A stretch of DNA of 64,000 nucleotides, taken from the NCBI RefSeq assembly GCF_963921235.1, contig NC_086097.1, positions 161,884,001 through 161,948,000 on the forward strand. The letters run 5' to 3'. The translations under genes were made by a program, and so were the position numbers. Below, piece after piece: positions 59,133 through 64,000 of the stretch. The stretch is from Mobula hypostoma. Taxonomy: Eukaryota. The notes beneath the pieces are model-generated. The model was not told the origin of the DNA. It did not search any database and saw nothing but the letters and a program-made list of their open reading frames with translations. Each line of letters begins with the position of its first letter. The stretch's first letter is position 1.

Positions 59133-60814
59133 GTGAGTGAAATAAAACTTGGTAGGCTTGCTTTCTTTTAAATTAGGTCAGAAATGTTTGCTTTCTGGGA
59201 AGAAGTCCTTATGTTCTGCAGTTGGTGAATGCTGAATACCTTAGTACATTTGTAATTTCAGTATTCGTTCTATTTCTCGAAAATTTGTGAGGGATATTGG
59301 TTTAAAAATAATTATTTAAATCTTTCTAAAGATTTTTCTCAATATATCAGCAATAAATATGTGAACAGGGAGAATGTACAAACTCAAGACAACACAAGGG
59401 TAGGAATGAACCTTTATCCCCCATCAATGTCTTTTTTGTTCTTAATTTTCTCATATTTCAGTGAAGCATTCAGATCTTTTTAAAATATTTAAGTCTTCAA
59501 CAATTTCTACTAAATATGGAAGTGTGACTTCAGCAGCTGTCAATTTTTTCTTCTCATTTTGTAGGCAGTACTATTTTTGGCCACCTTGGGTAATGATCCT
59601 TTTACAACCCTCAAGTCCTTAGGATATGTAAAGCCTTGATTGACACAGAGAATCCATCCGACATTTTTTTTCAAGTTTCTTCTGAGGGGATTGTTAATGA
59701 CACTGGTATTATAAAATCTAGTTTATTTTGGTTCAAATTTGTATGCAGTGCGTGTTTGAATATCATGCATTAAATATGCAGCTCAGTCTTGATTCATTTG
59801 TAGCCATGAGTATTTTCTTATGAGTCAGTGGTACTCTTTTGCTTGCTGTAGCATCAGCTCGAACAAACCAATGCAACCGCTGGCGGCCCCATAGGTCATT
59901 ATCCTTGTATGATGCGTTCTCCGATCAATCCAATAATAATGTTCCCAAAAATCGAAGAAATGTATTTGAACCTTTGTTAGCAACTAGCAAGACATACAAT
60001 CCTGAAATGATGAAACTTGTGATATTAAAACTACTGATTATGAATGTACTTAAGTGGAGTTAAGCAAAGTTAAGCTTAATTAGGCTATTTCAAATGTAAT
60101 TAACCAAAGTTAAGCTGTCAACAAAAGATATGACACCTGATGGTCCCAGCTTCTAACTGCTAAGAACAGAGCATGGATACGTAACTAAACCCTCTCACTT
60201 TTACCACGCTCCCACCCACATGACTAGCTACCATAATAAATGCGCAACACAGAATACAATGTGGATAGATGCATGGCTCCTATATACCAGCTCCCTAATT
60301 ATTATACTAAAATAATTACAACTATATATGACACAGGAGAATGTATGATAATTCAAAAATAACTCAAATAAACCAATCCCTGTGTTCCATAACTTCAGCA
60401 TCACCACAAGTAGATATTATACTGTTCATGTTGTATCCTTCTCTGTGTGTGGATTTGCAACTTGAACCGAGAATCAGCTGTGTTGCTCCAGAATTCTTCA
60501 TCCAAGATCATTGTGCTTTGGATGCAAATTTAATAAAAAAAAATCCATCAACTCTAATAATTTTTGGAGTTAATTTCTGATCTATAAATAATATTGAATG
60601 TTATTTTTGTAATTGAGCATTCACTTACCATGAAGGCAATTGATCATTCACTTCAAATTGTATACTGTGAAAGTGTGCTGTTGGGTGGGTCTTGCAGATT
60701 GGTCATATTTATCTGATTGATTAAACATCATGCAAACAGGAACCTCAAGCAAATAGTGGTTCTGAACTGAAGTCCACACTAAGAGTCCCATGGTGCAGCA
60801 CCGAGCCGAGTAGT

Positions 60815-61310
60815 TTTGGGGCGCGCTTATCTAAGAAAAGATGTGCTGGCATTGGAGAGAGTCCAGAGAATGATCCCAGGAATGAAAAGGTTAGCGTATG
60901 AGCAGTGTTTGATAGCTCTGGGCCAGTGCTCGCAGGAGTTTAGAAGAATAGTGAAAGGTTTGGATAAAGTGGATATGAAGAGGATGTTTCCTATCTTCGG
61001 GAGTCTAGGGCCAGAGACACAGCCTCAGAATTGATGGACGTTCACTTAGAACAGAGATGAAGAAAGATTTAGCCACAGCGTGGTGAATCTGTGGATTTCT
61101 TTGTCATAAACAGTTGTGCAGGCCAAGTCATCGGGTATATTTAAAGCAAGGGTTGATAGGTTCTTGATTAATCAGAAAATCAAATGTTACAGGGAGAAGG
61201 CAGGAAAATGGGGTTGAGAGAGCTAATAATAAATCAGCCATGATGGAATGGTGGAGCAGATTTGATGCGTTAAATGGCCTAATTCTGCTCCTATGTCTTA
61301 TGTCTTGTCT
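60815..61310 (+). mobile_element. CR1 3' fragment
   Basis: YLRKDVLALERVQR..IPGMK; 3'UTR with (TCTTATG)n tail. Confidence 0.8.
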
Positions 61311-61344
61311 TAAACTAATAGAATTTTGATCACGAGATCTAAAG

Positions 61345-62400
61345 TGTTTCCCTGCACATTAATGTCATCTGCCCAGTCTCATTCCCTAAGAGGAGAACCA
61401 GTATTGCACTCTCTCTAGTTGGGACCTCTATATATTGATTAAGGAAACTTCTGAACTCATTTGACAATTTCTATCCCATCCAGTCATTTTACAGTATGGG
61501 AGTCCCTCTCAATTTGTGGAAAGTTAAAATCACCTACCATCGCAACTTTATTTTTCTTGCAAGTGTCTGCTATCTCTCGAAATGTTCTTCTCTATGTCCT
61601 GCTGACTATTTGGAAGTCAATAAATAATCCCATTAACGTGGTCACCACTTTTCTTATTCCTCAGTTCCACCCATATAGCTTCAGTAAATAAGCTATCAGC
61701 CTGTCCTGTCTGAACATCACTTTGACATTTTACCTAAATAGTAATGCCATGCTCCCCCTTTACTATCTCCCATTCTATCATATCTAATGGAACTCCAGAA
61801 CACTGAGCTGCCCCCCATCCCTCCTGCAAACAAGTCTCTCTAATCCATGACTGCAATGTCATAATTCCATATGCTGATCAATGCTCTAACCTAATTTGCC
61901 TTACCTACAGTGTTCCTTGCTTTGAAAGACATATAACTAAAAACATTAGTTCTACCATTTTCCATCTTTCAGTTCCCGTCTTTGTATTTTAGGCTTAACA
62001 TCTACTTTCCCCACAACCACTCCACTAGATGCCCTGGCACATTGGTTCCCTGCAACACTAGTTTAAACCCTTTTGGAGCAGCACTAGTAAACCTTCCCAC
62101 AAGGATATTGGTGCCCCTCTAACTTAGGACCAAATTGTCCCATTTGTACATGTCCCACCTTCCCAGAAAGAGAGCCCAATGATCCAAAAATCTGAAGCTC
62201 TCCTTTCTACACCCTCTCTTTAGCCTTGCTTTAAACTGTACTGTCTTACTGCTTTTGGCTTACAATCACTACCCTGGTGGTCCAGTCATTTAACTTAGCA
62301 CCTAACTCTCAGAACTCACGTTGCAGGATCTTGTCACTTTTCCTGTCTATGTCATTGGTACTGACCTGGATCATGACTTCTGGCTGCTTACCCTATCCCT
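61345..62400 (-). mobile_element. Degenerate CR1 ORF1/EN fragment
   Basis: VGDFNFP-like and ORF1 FRFLDHW..WDMYKWDNL motifs on minus strand. Confidence 0.7.
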
Positions 62401-62405
62401 TAAGA

Positions 62406-63594
62406 CAGTGGTCCCCAACCACCGGGCCGCAAAGCATATGCTACCGGGCCGTGAGGAAACAATATGATTTGGCGATAATGAAACGATATGAGTTTCAGCT
62501 GCATCTTTCCTCATTCCCTGTCACACCCACTGTTGAGCTTGAACGCACGCGATGTCATTAAACATGCATCATCCATGTCAGCGCGGGAAGGAGATCAACT
62601 CTTTGAGCTTGCAAATGACGACGGGCTGTTTGGCATAACATCTCTGCTGGCATTCTGGATCAAAGTCAAGGCTAAGTATCCTGAGATTGCCATGAAAGCA
62701 CTGAAAACATTGCTTCCATTTCCAATATATCTCTGCAATGAATGCAACAAAAACTAAATTGCGGAATAGACTGGACATATGGAACCCCCTTTGAGTATCG
62801 CTGTCTCCCATCACCCCTCGAGAGGACCGTCTTGTTGCAGGGAATCAAGCCCAGGGCTCCCACTGATTCAGCGATATTGGTGTGTTGCAATGATATTATA
62901 TGTTCATACGGGGGAAATATGTGCTGTGTGTTTAACATCCAAACGTTACTTAAAATGTTATGATGCTATTGACTTGTAAGTGACCTATATAACCATATAA
63001 CAATTACAGCACGGAAACAGGCCATCTCTGCCCTTCTGGTCCGTGCCGAACGCTTACTCTCACCTAGTCCCACCGACCTGCACTCAGCCCATAACCCTCC
63101 ATTCCTTTCCTGTCCATATACCTATCCAATTTTTCTTTAAATGATAATGTCGAACCTGCCTCTACCACTTCTACTGAAAGTTCGTTCAACTCTTAGTTCA
63201 AGCTCCCCTGTCCTCCCCGGACTTATCACTATATTCATGTGAGGAAAATATGCACTGCGTGTTTAATATTAAATTCGTTAGATAAACCCTTTTAGAAACG
63301 AAATTGAGTGTATTAGCCTCTTATCACCTATATTCTGTTCGTGATTAACCCCCCCGAACAGAATCACCAAAAACTATTTGTAGAAAAAAATGGGCACGTT
63401 ACACGCATGCGCACACGTGCCCACGCAAGACTTCATGGTCATGGTAGTCTTTCTTGGGGTAAACACAACGTATTTGACTGCTACTGTTCTCCGTTGGCAA
63501 CCCTACCCCCCTCCCCGCCCCCGGGTTGGCCGGTCCGCAAGAATATTGTCAATATTAAACCAGTCCGCAGTGCAAAAAAGGTTGGGGACCCCTG
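62406..63594 (+). mobile_element. Non-autonomous hAT (Buster/Charlie) transposon with nested CR1 3' end (~62985-63185, -)
   Basis: TIRs CAG(T/G)GGTCCCCAACC; 8-bp TSD (C/T)CTTAAGA with central TA; hATC dimerisation remnant SLLAFWIKVKAKYPEIAMKALKTLLPFP..KTKLRNRLDI. Confidence 0.9.
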
Positions 63595-63614
63595 TCTTAA
63601 GAATTCAATAGACT

Positions 63615-63820
63615 TGATCTGAGATCTGAGTTAGATTTATTGATCACATGTACATTGAAACATGCAGTGAAATGTGTCATTTGCATTAACAACCAACACA
63701 CATTGGGAGGTGCTGGGGGCAGCCCGCAACTGTTGCCACATGTTCCAGTACTAACATAGGATGCCCACAATGCTTTGCAGAACAACACAGAGCAAAGAAA
63801 AATACGATAAACCAAGTTTA
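63615..63820 (-). mobile_element. Non-autonomous Rex1-tailed retroposon fragment
   Basis: Homologous to 22200-22430; (TCAGA)n-like tail with AATAAA on minus strand. Confidence 0.55.
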
Positions 63821-64000
63821 AACATAATTTTAAAGCTATGTTAGGTCACCTCTCAGTTTTTTCTCCTCCACCCTTTACAGCTACTATGTATTTTTGGCAG
63901 AAACTTTACTGAGTTGATTTGGTGTATAAATAAAACCCAGAGATGTAACAGGTACGTTACATCTCTTGATCTTAACTGAGCAATTGAATCCAATTGCATA

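Noticed and set aside
59133..59171. Tail of the 75-aa ORF (VSEIKLGRLAFF)
   Set aside because: Intron read-through beyond the GTGAGT donor; FAK similarity ends at DATDVR.

Overview
Eukaryotic, repeat-dense DNA from a cartilaginous fish (probably a ray, inferred from V-SINE/HE1-like SINEs and the CR1, Rex1 and Neptune repeat landscape). The only host coding sequence is the first coding exon of PTK2/FAK (58912-59132, + strand, AG...GT, ATG at 58944), so the window is probably the long 5' intron(s) of PTK2 plus the start of the next intron. Most of the rest is transposable elements: three L1s (one full-length), many CR1 and Rex1 LINE fragments, V-SINEs, Harbinger, hAT/Buster, Tc1 and Tigger DNA transposons, a probable Helitron, and about 10 Neptune-type Penelope-like element (PLE) insertions. 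The PLEs are the most interesting system here. They carry minimal hammerhead ribozymes and end at two fixed positions. Five form TSD-flanked inverted (palindromic) insertions from about 90 bp to 2.1 kb, which suggests twin priming from two RNA templates, and the three smallest consist only of sequence downstream of the ribozyme cut site. Family assignments come from motif recognition, not database searches, and boundaries of old repeats are approximate.
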